64,000 nucleotides of DNA from a virus. The stretch covers positions 1-64,000 of IMG/VR virus record IMGVR_UViG_3300042558_000825; one strand, 5' to 3'. Shown piece after piece: positions 1-8,939 of the stretch (the first letter of the stretch is position 1; each line of letters opens with the position of its first letter). Below the pieces are notes generated by a model. The model did no database searches, was not told the DNA's origin, and saw only the letters and a list, made by a program, of their open reading frames with translations. A program made the translations under genes and the position numbers.

Positions 1-89
1 AAGCACATATGAGGCTCGCCTGGTACTTCTCGGAAAATTACAGCTACTTTTCTGTCCCCGTGTTTCCCTACGTGTCTTGTAAAACTCAT
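1..89 (-). CDS. Hypothetical phage protein, N-terminal part only (runs off window start)
   Basis: ATG at 89, AAGGAG RBS just upstream, TAAATA at 119-124; translates MSFTRHVGKHGDRKVAVIFREVPGEPHMC. Confidence 0.75.
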   Translation of the reverse strand, partial: MSFTRHVGKHGDRKVAVIFREVPGEPHMC

Positions 90-163
90 ATTATGTTCTC
101 CTTGTAATATGCTAAAGTTATTTAATAAGAAATTTGTTCTCTACAAAATTTCCATATGCCCAT

Positions 164-415
164 TTATGACCATTTTAACTCATAAAAAGTTGCTTCTTGC
201 GGGTCCTCAAATGCAATACAACTAGGAGAAATTAACTCAATAATACTAGTTGAAATTGTAGGATATGTAATACTAAATCTTCCAGTCAATTTATCCAATA
301 CCCATTGTTTAGATTCAGGTGTGCATGGATGTGATGTTACTATAAAATGTTTAGGAGTATATGTCAACTCTCTTTCACTAAACCACGTAATAGGATCTAA
401 CTGATATTCAATCAT
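164..415 (-). CDS. Hypothetical protein (83 aa)
   Basis: ORF coupled to upstream gene by ATGA overlap; ends in FEDPQEATFYELKW, a tail pattern common in small jumbo-phage proteins. Confidence 0.75.
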   Translation of the reverse strand: MIEYQLDPITWFSERELTYTPKHFIVTSHPCTPESKQWVLDKLTGRFSITYPTISTSIIELISPSCIAFEDPQEATFYELKWS

Positions 416-843
416 TTTGTTAAATTGTCCAACATCTTATATTTTTCCCAGGCTTCTACTACTGCAGGGGTTGAGTTATCGTTAGTAGGAACCACTTGCA
501 TCCACAATCCTTGACCTAATTTAGCTGGATGATTATACAGGTAACTATGTCCAGCTCTGCGACCTTCATCATCAAATACTCTAGGTTGATGTATCCTACC
601 CGAGAAATATAATCTAGTAGCTAATGCCTTTACATCAGTCAGGTCATACTCGCCTAAGGTACTCAGATTTGAACGGCGTTGATATGGATTACCTTCTGCG
701 TAGTATTGTTCTACTACTTGCATAAAGGTATCGTAATCAGGACACAATGTACGTGTTACAATGAACATAACATCATCCTCGGACACTTCGTTATGCATAA
801 TACTAACTAGACAACCACCAAGACTAGTACCAATATACATCAT
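412..843 (-). CDS. Hypothetical protein (143 aa)
   Basis: ORF with ATGA overlaps on both sides. Confidence 0.8.
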   Translation of the reverse strand: MMYIGTSLGGCLVSIMHNEVSEDDVMFIVTRTLCPDYDTFMQVVEQYYAEGNPYQRRSNLSTLGEYDLTDVKALATRLYFSGRIHQPRVFDDEGRRAGHSYLYNHPAKLGQGLWMQVVPTNDNSTPAVVEAWEKYKMLDNLTK

Positions 844-1214
844 ACAATCATCTTCCTATCTTGCTTAACGTAATCACTATATACTTTTTTACCATTAGTT
901 CTAATCCATTTTACGATAGGCTGTGGATTATCATTAAATGCTTCCTTAAGTTCATCATACTCAACAGTACTATTGAATTCATAAATCTCATATGCACGTT
1001 GACTATTTGCACTCGCACGAAGGATCATCATTTGTAATGGTATACCCGATGGTTGGTTGGGTATACGTTCTTCTTTAAGAATAGCAATAATTTTCTGTTG
1101 TTCCCATTCATTGTATTTTTTCATGTGCAAGTCAACATCATGTAGACTTTCAAGACCTTGCATATCCCACATTGCTAGATAGTGCTTAGTTTTGTTCTTT
1201 TTTGAGTAGGACAT
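840..1214 (-). CDS. Hypothetical protein (124 aa)
   Basis: ORF in tightly packed operon. Confidence 0.75.
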   Translation of the reverse strand: MSYSKKNKTKHYLAMWDMQGLESLHDVDLHMKKYNEWEQQKIIAILKEERIPNQPSGIPLQMMILRASANSQRAYEIYEFNSTVEYDELKEAFNDNPQPIVKWIRTNGKKVYSDYVKQDRKMIV

Positions 1215-1443
1215 ATACCATCTCTGCTTTGTTAATTGCGTTTGCTAATGCAGGTTCTGTTTCTGCTAGTTTAAGAATTTCTTTCCACTCATGCCATTTA
1301 GCAATACTTTTTCTTTCGGGATCTTCTCTAATTAAGGTGCGGTCAAGAGACCCACTTTTACGTGAATAGATCGTTTTGCCACCATCAGGGCTTTCGTAAA
1401 TTAAATCAGGGCTTTCGTAAATTAATATTGAATCATTAGTCAT
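1186..1443 (-). CDS. Hypothetical protein (85 aa) with IYESPDGGKT motif
   Basis: ORF in operon; carries an in-frame 21-bp tandem duplication. Confidence 0.75.
   Translation of the reverse strand: MTNDSILIYESPDLIYESPDGGKTIYSRKSGSLDRTLIREDPERKSIAKWHEWKEILKLAETEPALANAINKAEMVYVLLKKEQN
1384..1425. repeat. Exact 21-bp tandem duplication (LIYESPD x2)
   Basis: atcagggctttcgtaaattaa at 1384-1404 and 1405-1425. Confidence 0.95.
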
Positions 1444-1552
1444 CGTGTTTTGATAAGGTATCTAATGCATAGGATAGTAGTCTAATAAAAATATACAAGA
1501 CTACTCCTAGTACCAATACTATAAAGCCATAGCCAAGTATATCTAATATCAT
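1436..1552 (-). CDS. Small single-pass membrane protein (38 aa), not in ORF track
   Basis: MILDILGYGFIVLVLGVVLYIFIRLLSYALDTLSKHDD; ATGA overlap with the VWA gene stop, and its own stop overlaps the next start. Confidence 0.7.
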   Translation of the reverse strand: MILDILGYGFIVLVLGVVLYIFIRLLSYALDTLSKHDD

Positions 1553-2835
1553 GTTGATGACGACTCATCATAAATTGCATACGTACCGAATGGGGGATTG
1601 GGATTCTTGTCACCATGAATGATCCATGTCGTATCACAATAATCAGCATCACCCCAACTACCAAAAGGATAGCCATCAGTGAAACAAATCAATCGTTTAG
1701 GTACATTGCCAATGTCTTTCAAGTATTTAAAGATACAATCAAAGTCAGTGCCGCCGCCGCCCATTGGCTCATATTCTTCAATGAGGTCCATGTTCTCACT
1801 ACTGAAGTCTTTCGGGTTATATGTCTCAGTATCAAAACAGAATACATGGACCTTGTAACCATCAAACGCATCCATCATGCCACCCACTTCACCTAAGAAT
1901 TGCTGTGCTTGTTTGTTACTGATACTACCTGACATGTCAATAGCAACAACAACATCAATTTCTTCACCGGGATTCATGCCGGGCATAATAGCATCCATAT
2001 GCCAACCTCTACGTGAGGGACGCATCCATGAATAATCTGTACGAATAGCACTTGTCAAATTCGTTTGAATCAGTTCACGCCAGGGCATAACTGGGTTAGT
2101 TGCTTGCTTAATCAAACGTTCAACACCTAAAGGCAATGAACCTGCTTCAGCACTGCTTGCGGCATTGATAATAGCTTGCTTAACTTCCTGACGTACACGT
2201 TCACGTTCTTCAGGACTCATTGTTGGGCGTTTGCTTTTGCCTTCACTATCTCCGTTACCTTCACCATCATTCTCACCTTCACCATCCATGTGATCGTCAA
2301 TCATCTGGTCAAGTAAATCATCAATGGAGATTTTCTGAACATTCTTCATCAAATCATCATAGATTTCTTCTGCGGCTTTACCATCATACTTCTGCTCATA
2401 CAAGCAAGGTACTGTTTTAATAAACTCACCCACTTTATGACGTTTCAAATCAGCATTAACAGCATAGTCATCAGCAATATTCCAGATCTCAGGATCACGA
2501 TTACCTCTACGACCCATGTGGTCATAGACAACGTGTAACACTTCATGCCCAACTAAGAATTCAACTTCTTTAGGCTTCAACATCATAATGAAACGACTAT
2601 TGTAATAGAATTTCAAGCCATCAGTTGCCGCTGTACTACACCATAGATCAGCATTAATCAATTGCATACGAGTAGCAAGATTGCCGAAAAAGCTATGACG
2701 TAACAATAGACCAATACGTGCGGTAACTAATTTTTCACGTGCTTGATAGTCAATCTTACTATCTGTAGGTCCTACAAGATTCTCAAATTTCTTACTGCGA
2801 CTACGTTTCTTACTGGGATTAATTACTTCACTCAT
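1549..2835 (-). CDS. Putative metallopeptidase + VWA domain protein (DUF2201-type), MoxR partner
   Basis: HEVLH (HExxH); MIDAS elements DMSGS, GGGT, FTDG; acidic linker; near a MoxR-like ATPase. Confidence 0.9.
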   Translation of the reverse strand: MSEVINPSKKRSRSKKFENLVGPTDSKIDYQAREKLVTARIGLLLRHSFFGNLATRMQLINADLWCSTAATDGLKFYYNSRFIMMLKPKEVEFLVGHEVLHVVYDHMGRRGNRDPEIWNIADDYAVNADLKRHKVGEFIKTVPCLYEQKYDGKAAEEIYDDLMKNVQKISIDDLLDQMIDDHMDGEGENDGEGNGDSEGKSKRPTMSPEERERVRQEVKQAIINAASSAEAGSLPLGVERLIKQATNPVMPWRELIQTNLTSAIRTDYSWMRPSRRGWHMDAIMPGMNPGEEIDVVVAIDMSGSISNKQAQQFLGEVGGMMDAFDGYKVHVFCFDTETYNPKDFSSENMDLIEEYEPMGGGGTDFDCIFKYLKDIGNVPKRLICFTDGYPFGSWGDADYCDTTWIIHGDKNPNPPFGTYAIYDESSST

Positions 2836-2861
2836 ATTGGTCCTTTGTTGTTTATGTCTCT

Positions 2862-2890
2862 ATTGTAACAGAGATTGTATTAATTGTCAA
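2862..2890 (-). promoter_or_regulatory. Sigma70-type early promoter
   Basis: TTGACA-17 bp-TACAAT upstream of the VWA gene. Confidence 0.85.
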
Positions 2891-3233
2891 CTGCAATGAA
2901 TTCACAAGCATCACTGGGGAATGAAGCGTTATTCAGTTCTTTTTCAGTACTATACAATTCATAGTATTTTGTACCGAGATGAATCAATACAATTTTTTCT
3001 TGTTGTTTCTTAGTAAAAGAAGTTTTATAACCACAAGAGCCTGCTAGTCTATCCATACCGATACCACGAATATTAGCAGGAGGGTCAAGCTTAATACCTT
3101 CAGGTGAGCCACCATAAATACCATCAACTACATTACCGTATTCAGGGCTACGAATGACGTTACCTTCTTTAAGAAGATTCTCAACCATTTTAAGAATAGC
3201 TTTACCACGATATGTTCTAAATTGTAATAACAT
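2880..3233 (-). CDS. Hypothetical protein (117 aa)
   Basis: ORF with GAGG RBS and its own sigma70 promoter. Confidence 0.7.
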   Translation of the reverse strand: MLLQFRTYRGKAILKMVENLLKEGNVIRSPEYGNVVDGIYGGSPEGIKLDPPANIRGIGMDRLAGSCGYKTSFTKKQQEKIVLIHLGTKYYELYSTEKELNNASFPSDACEFIAVDN

Positions 3234-3261
3234 TTTGTTCCTCTGTATAAGTTAAAGATGT

Positions 3262-3290
3262 ATTGTAGCAGACCATGGATTTATTGTCAA
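3262..3290 (-). promoter_or_regulatory. Sigma70-type early promoter
   Basis: TTGACA-ATAAATCCATGGTCTGC-TACAAT (17-bp spacer). Confidence 0.85.
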
Positions 3291-3292
3291 AA

Positions 3293-3457
3293 TTACATTG
3301 ACAGTTTGCGATAACCTTTATCAAAGTAAATCCTTGCGTAAGGTTCCGCACCTTTAGTATACAGTTCCTCGGCTTCACTTTTGTTCAATCCACGATCACG
3401 GGCACTTTGACCCATTGCGTAGAAATACTTCTTTCCAGTTAAAATCTTTGTTGCCAT
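3293..3457 (-). CDS. Small basic hypothetical protein (54 aa), not in ORF track
   Basis: MATKILTGKKYFYAMGQSARDRGLNKSEAEELYTKGAEPYARIYFDKGYRKLSM; starts 1 nt after the ATPase stop. Confidence 0.75.
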   Translation of the reverse strand: MATKILTGKKYFYAMGQSARDRGLNKSEAEELYTKGAEPYARIYFDKGYRKLSM

Positions 3458-3458
3458 A

Positions 3459-4559
3459 TTAATTACCTGCATCTACAATGTACTTGCCGTATTTCTTATG
3501 GAAGTCATCAAAGTTCTTCAATTGTGAAGGTTCAATCGGTAACTTGTATGTCTTAAGAGCAATCTTAGCACCCATAACAACTAGTTCAGTCTCAAAGTTT
3601 GCCATAATGTAACTGAAGAAATTATCAGCCATTGTGTGAAACTCTTTACTAGAAACTTTCTTTGTTTCTAGTGCATCACGCAATTCATAGCACATTGAAA
3701 TAGTCAATGAGTACATTGCAGAAATTTCTTTAACTGCGAGGTCCTTAACTTTACCTGACAAAATGTCTGAGGGTTCTGGCATACGACCTGCTACTTTACG
3801 ATGTGCCGCAAACTTAACAGCAAGACCTTCACCAACTGCACCTGAAATCAAATTGAACAATGTATCACTATCTGTGTCATCTTCATCATTCAACAAATCA
3901 CTAACAAAACACCATGAACGAGGTGTAGCAAATGCACGTGAACTAGATTTAGCATCAAAATCGTACAAATCTTGTTTAGCGAATGATAGATAACCCACAA
4001 CATCTTTGTGAATACCTTTGTTCACAGCCCAATTCTGCCATGATGTAAAATCGGCTCGCATTTCTAAGTGTAAGAAACGATTAGCTAGGGGCATCGGCAT
4101 TCTGAAAGTAACACCTTTGTCAGAGTCACGATTGCCTGCCGCAACAATCACAACGTTATCAGGAAGTACATACTTACCAACTCTACGATTTAGAATAAGT
4201 TGATAGCCAGCCGCTTGTACTGCGGGACTTGCACTATTCATTTCATCTAAGAATAGAACAACAATCGGGTACTTGCTTGCTAGTTCTTCATCAGGCAAGT
4301 CAACAGGTGCCGCCCAGTCCATTTTATTAATATCACGATTGAAATACGGAATACCACGAATGTCTGTAGGTTCCATTTGTGCCATACGCAAGTCAATCAT
4401 AAAGCCACCTAGTTCATCTGTGACTTCAGAAACAACTTCTGATTTACCGATGCCGGGAGGGCCCCACAAGAAAAGCGGGCGTTTAGCTTTGAATGCTTTA
4501 AGCATTGCTTTGCGAGTTTGTACACTAGTGATAGTGAGATTGTCTGATACTGATGCCAT
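3459..4559 (-). CDS. MoxR-like AAA+ ATPase
   Basis: Walker A GPPGIGKS, Walker B LFLDE, AAGN sensor, NRF arginine finger, TPRSW. Confidence 0.92.
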   Translation of the reverse strand: MASVSDNLTITSVQTRKAMLKAFKAKRPLFLWGPPGIGKSEVVSEVTDELGGFMIDLRMAQMEPTDIRGIPYFNRDINKMDWAAPVDLPDEELASKYPIVVLFLDEMNSASPAVQAAGYQLILNRRVGKYVLPDNVVIVAAGNRDSDKGVTFRMPMPLANRFLHLEMRADFTSWQNWAVNKGIHKDVVGYLSFAKQDLYDFDAKSSSRAFATPRSWCFVSDLLNDEDDTDSDTLFNLISGAVGEGLAVKFAAHRKVAGRMPEPSDILSGKVKDLAVKEISAMYSLTISMCYELRDALETKKVSSKEFHTMADNFFSYIMANFETELVVMGAKIALKTYKLPIEPSQLKNFDDFHKKYGKYIVDAGN

Positions 4560-4592
4560 TAAGTGCTCCTGTTGAAAATTTAATATGTATGA

Positions 4593-4621
4593 AGTATAGT
4601 CTAAAACTGATTTATTGTCAA
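4593..4621 (-). promoter_or_regulatory. Sigma70-type early promoter
   Basis: TTGACA-17 bp-TATACT upstream of the ATPase. Confidence 0.85.
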
Positions 4622-4630
4622 ATTTTGTGT

Positions 4631-4648
4631 TGTTGTTTATTTACAACA
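4631..4648. promoter_or_regulatory. Palindromic operator-like site
   Basis: TGTTGT-TTATTT-ACAACA, about 10 bp upstream of a -35 box. Confidence 0.45.
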
Positions 4649-4693
4649 GATTGTGGATTGATAAAGAGATAGTTTTCTAGCTTCAATATGAGT

Positions 4694-4722
4694 ATTGTAT
4701 CATTGATTGGATTTATTGTCAA
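4694..4722 (-). promoter_or_regulatory. Sigma70-type early promoter (tandem)
   Basis: TTGACA-17 bp-TACAAT with TG extension. Confidence 0.85.
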
Positions 4723-4723
4723 A

Positions 4724-4978
4724 TTATTTCATTAGATTAGCCATTAGTAGTAGCTTTTCTAAGTGATTGATTGCTGTATTGATATCGGCAACCCTATCGT
4801 TTAACATTTCGTATTTGCCCGTTCTACGTAGATTGACTTCCAGTTTACTTAGTTCACTTACCATTTTGTCAATGTTTTTGTGCATACGATGTAAGTCTGG
4901 ATTGTAGCCAATCCCATTCATTTGACTTGATAAGTTACTACTAACTTGATTCCAATCTAAAGCACGTTCTATTTTCAT
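4724..4978 (-). CDS. Hypothetical helical protein (84 aa), probably leaderless
   Basis: ORF whose ATG lies 6 nt after the -10 box. Confidence 0.75.
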   Translation of the reverse strand: MKIERALDWNQVSSNLSSQMNGIGYNPDLHRMHKNIDKMVSELSKLEVNLRRTGKYEMLNDRVADINTAINHLEKLLLMANLMK

Positions 4979-4984
4979 ACGATG

Positions 4985-5013
4985 AGTATAACAGACTATG
5001 GAATTTATGTCAA
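4985..5013 (-). promoter_or_regulatory. Sigma70-type early promoter
   Basis: TTGACA-17 bp-TATACT with TG extension. Confidence 0.85.
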
Positions 5014-5014
5014 C

Positions 5015-5039
5015 AAAAAAGGCTCCTGAGAGCCTTTTT
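5015..5039 (-). terminator. Intrinsic terminator (GGCTC/GAGCC family)
   Basis: AAAAAAGGCTC-CTGA-GAGCCTTTTT. Confidence 0.9.
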
Positions 5040-5063
5040 ATTTTAGTGTTGTTAATTTTATTG

Positions 5064-5987
5064 TTAACCGTAGGCTGCGGCTGCTAATCCGTATCTTGCA
5101 GTACCAACACCTGCAGTATCAGTAGCTACTACCCCGGTGTTTGATACTTTGTTGGTTAATGAATATGGAATATAAGGTCCCTCAACCAAACCATATCCAA
5201 ATATAGCTTTATCATTGCCATAACCTGCGGCCGCCAAAAAACTTCTAACAGTACCAACACCTGCAGTATCAGTAGCTACTACCCCGGTGTTTGATACTAG
5301 GTTAGTTATTGATGTAAAAGCAGGATCCCGTCCATATCCAAATATAGCCTTATCAGTGCCATAAGTTGCGGCTGCAAGGGCTTGTCTAGCAGTACCAACT
5401 CCGGTAGTATCTGTAGACACCACCCCGGTGTTTGATACTAGATTGGTCATTGATCCCTGTGAGTTAATCACTTGCCCATATCCAAAAATAGCTTTATCAG
5501 TTCCATATCTTGTGGCTGCTAATGCAGTTCTAGTAGTACCAACACCTGTAGTATCATTAGCAACTACTCCGATATTTGATACTAGGTTAGTTATTGCTGT
5601 CTGACTAGAGCCAGCAAGTCCATATCCAAATATAGCTTTATCGCTACCGTAACCCGCGGCCGCCAATCCATATCTAGCAGTACCGACACCTGCAGTATCA
5701 TTAGCAACTACTCCGGTATTTGATACCAAGTTAGTCAATGATTTATCTCCTCCGCTTCCAGTGCCATATCCAAATATAGCCTTATCTGTACCATAACTCG
5801 CCGCTGATAATCCCCATCTAGCAGTGCCAACACCGGTAGTATCATTAGCAACTACTCCGGTATTTGACACTAGATTAGTCATTGATACTGTCTCTCCATA
5901 TCCAAATATAGCTTTGTTTCCCGCCGGCGGAGGTGTTATTGCGAATCCGCCAGCAAATGTTACGCCCGAAAATGTCATATCTGCCAT
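5064..5987 (-). CDS. Beta-propeller-repeat virion adhesin-like protein
   Basis: Six ~46-50 aa repeats KAIFGYG-(variable)-TNLVSNTGVVAxDTxGVGTARxxLAAAxYG; short Gly-rich N-terminal motif; late promoter. Confidence 0.75.
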   Translation of the reverse strand: MADMTFSGVTFAGGFAITPPPAGNKAIFGYGETVSMTNLVSNTGVVANDTTGVGTARWGLSAASYGTDKAIFGYGTGSGGDKSLTNLVSNTGVVANDTAGVGTARYGLAAAGYGSDKAIFGYGLAGSSQTAITNLVSNIGVVANDTTGVGTTRTALAATRYGTDKAIFGYGQVINSQGSMTNLVSNTGVVSTDTTGVGTARQALAAATYGTDKAIFGYGRDPAFTSITNLVSNTGVVATDTAGVGTVRSFLAAAGYGNDKAIFGYGLVEGPYIPYSLTNKVSNTGVVATDTAGVGTARYGLAAAAYG

Positions 5988-6006
5988 AATATATTATCCT
6001 TTATAG

Positions 6007-6012
6007 TATTTA
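6007..6012 (-). promoter_or_regulatory. T4-like late promoter core TAAATA (representative of about 18 copies)
   Basis: TAAATA lies about 4-30 nt upstream of starts at 119, 6007, 7284, 8892, 9642, 10850, 12356, 20687, 21065, 21384, 25528, 29860, 40229, 42426, 43212, and about 45 nt upstream at 11836 and 30861; full TATAAATA at 11836 and 16857. Confidence 0.75.
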
Positions 6013-6032
6013 GCAAAAAAGATTAGATAAAG

Positions 6033-6054
6033 AAAAAGGCTCCGAAGAGCCTTT
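6033..6054 (-). terminator. Intrinsic terminator (GGCTC/GAGCC family, UUCG loop)
   Basis: AAAAAGGCTC-CGAA-GAGCCTTT. Confidence 0.9.
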
Positions 6055-6071
6055 AATATGTATAATACCTT

Positions 6072-7265
6072 TTATGATAGCGAATAGCCTGCTGCCGAAG
6101 GATTAAATCTAGTTTGACCGACAATTGTAGTATCAGTTGCAACAACCCCTGTGTTTGATACTAGATTAGAGTAATCATATAAGGGATCTCCGTACGCAAA
6201 TATAGCTTTATCATTACCATAACTTGCGGCTGCTAATTGTCCTCTACTAGTGCCCGCGCTAACAGTATCACTAGCAAAAACACCGGTATTTGATACTAGA
6301 TTAGTATCTCTTCCTGGGCTACCAAATATTGCTTTATCACCGCCATAACCTGCAGCCCCTAAAACATATTTAGCAGAAACTGCTTCAGTAATATCATTAG
6401 CAACCACACCTGTGTTTGATACTTTGTTGGTTATTGATACTGTAGCAGACCCGTTATAACCAAATCCAAATATAGCTTTATCTAATCCATAACCTGCGGC
6501 CGCTAATCCGTATCTAGCAGTACCGACACCTGAAGTATCACCGGAAACCACACCTGTATTACTTACTAAGTTAGTTACTGATGTTACTACAGGACCACCG
6601 TATCCAAAAATAGCTTTATCTGTACCATAGGCCGCAGCCGCTAGTAAAGTCCTACTAGTACCCACACCCGCAGTATCGTTAGCAACAACACCAGTATTTG
6701 ATACTAGATTGGTCAATGATACGTAACCAACTGAACTCTGTCCATATCCAAATATAGCTTTATCAGTACCATATCCTGCGGCTGCAAGGCCATCCCTAGC
6801 AGTACCTACACCTGTTGTATTACTTGCAATTACACCAGTATTACTTACTAGATTGGTTACTGAGAAACGACCAGAATTGTTTGCACCATAGCCAATTATA
6901 GCCTTTTTAGTTCCGATTATAGGATTATTTGTTGTAACACTATTACTTGCCGCACTTGGACTACTTGTACCTACATTATTAGTAGCAGTTACTGTAAATG
7001 TATAACTTGTACTACCAGTTAATCCAGTTACATTAATAGTACCACTACCTGCTTGATTTAATGTACCTGTGACATTACCCGGACTACTTGTTGCCGTATA
7101 GCTTGTAATTGTTGCACCTCCATTGTTAACCGGAGCAGTAAATGTTACTGTTGCAGTTGTCTCACCTGTAGCTGTTGCCGTTCCGATAGTTGGTGCACCG
7201 GGTACTGTAGGTGGTGCTGTAAGATTCATTCCACCTGATAAAGTCATTCCACCTGTAAAATTCAT
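6072..7265 (-). CDS. FN3 domain + beta-propeller-repeat virion adhesin-like protein
   Basis: N-terminal MNFTGGMTLSGGM; FN3 (PGAPTIGTAT...YTFTVTATN...S.ASNS); KAIFGYG repeats paralogous to 5064..5987. Confidence 0.8.
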   Translation of the reverse strand: MNFTGGMTLSGGMNLTAPPTVPGAPTIGTATATGETTATVTFTAPVNNGGATITSYTATSSPGNVTGTLNQAGSGTINVTGLTGSTSYTFTVTATNNVGTSSPSAASNSVTTNNPIIGTKKAIIGYGANNSGRFSVTNLVSNTGVIASNTTGVGTARDGLAAAGYGTDKAIFGYGQSSVGYVSLTNLVSNTGVVANDTAGVGTSRTLLAAAAYGTDKAIFGYGGPVVTSVTNLVSNTGVVSGDTSGVGTARYGLAAAGYGLDKAIFGFGYNGSATVSITNKVSNTGVVANDITEAVSAKYVLGAAGYGGDKAIFGSPGRDTNLVSNTGVFASDTVSAGTSRGQLAAASYGNDKAIFAYGDPLYDYSNLVSNTGVVATDTTIVGQTRFNPSAAGYSLS

Positions 7266-7316
7266 AAAATATATCCTTTGTTGTATTTAACAATATAGTA
7301 ACAAAAATTTAGTATT

Positions 7317-8873
7317 TTATTGTCTACCGGTACCGGCCATTTGAACACGTGGTCCACTTAGTGGTCCTCGTATACTTGCAATACCAGTATCATTGGCATA
7401 GGTGATACGTTGAACAGTAGATAATCTATTAGTAGCTCCTGGACCCGGGGCATATGCTCCGCCGAACCACCCATATGTACTATCTCCCGAAGTTGCGGAA
7501 TCTGAAATTCCACTGTTAAAAGTTCCTCTATTAGTTGATGTTACTGTATCTGTTGCATATGTTATCCGAGTTATTGTACTAACCCTCCCGGAGCCAGGCA
7601 TATACCCTCCACCAAACCATCCATAATTAAGGTTACCTATTGCCGCAAGACCCTCTGAATTTATAGTTAACGGGCCGCGAACGCTTGCAGTAGCGGTATC
7701 TGTTGCATATGTTATTCTATCCACTGTAGATAAATCTTGTCCGGTATCGCCATCTCTTCCGCCACCAAACCAACCATCAGTGGTATTCCCAATTGCAGCT
7801 AATATTAATTTGGATTGGCTTAACGGCCCCCTGTAAGTAGCAGTAGCAGTATCAGTTGCATAGATTATTCGCTGTACACTTGATCTATAACTGCCTGCAC
7901 CATACCAACCATATGTAGTGTTATCAGAAACCGCTCCCATACCAAAGTTACCGGCGGCAATTAACGGTCCACGAATACTAGCAGTAGAAGTATCGGTTGA
8001 GTAATTAATGCGATCTACCGTAGTTCTATTACCTGCATTATTACCACCGGCTACCCATCCGTCATATCCTGTTCCAGCAGATGCTGCCTGATATCTATTT
8101 GAACTTAACGGGCCACGTACACTTGCCGTAGCCGTATCTGTTGCATATGTGATTCTGTCTACTGTTGAGTATATTATAGTTCCTGTTCCCGGTGAAAAAT
8201 AAGTTCCACCGGCAAACCAACCATACGATAATGCCGGAGCCGGTACTGAAGGATCAGTAGTAATACTATTACTTGCCGCACTTGCACTACCTGTACCTGC
8301 AATATTAGTAGCAGTAACGGTAAATGTATAACTTGTGTTTGCTGTTAACCCGGAAACAGTAATAGTACCAGATCCTGCTTGATTTAATGTACCTGTAACT
8401 CCACCGGGACTACTTGTGGCTGTATATGATGTAATTGTATCCCCACCATTACTAACAGGGGCAGTAAATGCTACAGTCGCTGTTGTCTGACCAGTTGCTG
8501 TTGCAGTTCCTATTGTAGGAGCTCCGGGTACCGACGGTACTATATCATTTGTAGCATTTGAATTTGCAGAAGAATTTCCGTAACTGTTAGTACCGGTTAC
8601 TACACAACGTATTCTATAGTTAACGTCTGCTTGAACCAAAGTATACGTGCTACTATTTGCACCTAATATATTACTATATGATCCTCCACCTCGTTGCCAT
8701 TGATATGTATACGTTATTGTGGCATTACCAGTCCATGTGCCATCAGTAGTTGATAGTGTTGAACCAAACGTCTCGGTTCCGCTAACTACCGGGGCCACAG
8801 TATTTACCGGTGCGGTTCCTGACACTACAATACTCATTCCACCTGATAAAGTCATTCCACCTGTAAAATTCAT
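7317..8873 (-). CDS. Ig-like + FN3 + Kelch-like propeller adhesin-like protein
   Basis: Same N-terminal peptide; Ig-like domain (TYTYQWQR...YTLVQAD...CVVT); FN3; six YGWFGGG...STVDRITYATDTATASVRGPL repeats. Confidence 0.8.
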   Translation of the reverse strand: MNFTGGMTLSGGMSIVVSGTAPVNTVAPVVSGTETFGSTLSTTDGTWTGNATITYTYQWQRGGGSYSNILGANSSTYTLVQADVNYRIRCVVTGTNSYGNSSANSNATNDIVPSVPGAPTIGTATATGQTTATVAFTAPVSNGGDTITSYTATSSPGGVTGTLNQAGSGTITVSGLTANTSYTFTVTATNIAGTGSASAASNSITTDPSVPAPALSYGWFAGGTYFSPGTGTIIYSTVDRITYATDTATASVRGPLSSNRYQAASAGTGYDGWVAGGNNAGNRTTVDRINYSTDTSTASIRGPLIAAGNFGMGAVSDNTTYGWYGAGSYRSSVQRIIYATDTATATYRGPLSQSKLILAAIGNTTDGWFGGGRDGDTGQDLSTVDRITYATDTATASVRGPLTINSEGLAAIGNLNYGWFGGGYMPGSGRVSTITRITYATDTVTSTNRGTFNSGISDSATSGDSTYGWFGGAYAPGPGATNRLSTVQRITYANDTGIASIRGPLSGPRVQMAGTGRQ

Positions 8874-8939
8874 AAGATATACCCTTTATCTTATTTATCA
8901 AATAACTATCAATGTTTTATGAATGGAATTAACAATATA

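Noticed and set aside
1482-1676. 64-aa minus-strand ORF
   Set aside because: Out-of-frame overlap with the VWA gene; the coupled 38-aa ORF 1436..1552 explains the gap better
5064-8873. CRISPR array or diversity-generating retroelement
   Set aside because: Repeats are degenerate, in-frame protein repeats; no cas or reverse transcriptase gene, and no adenine-specific TR/VR pair seen in this window
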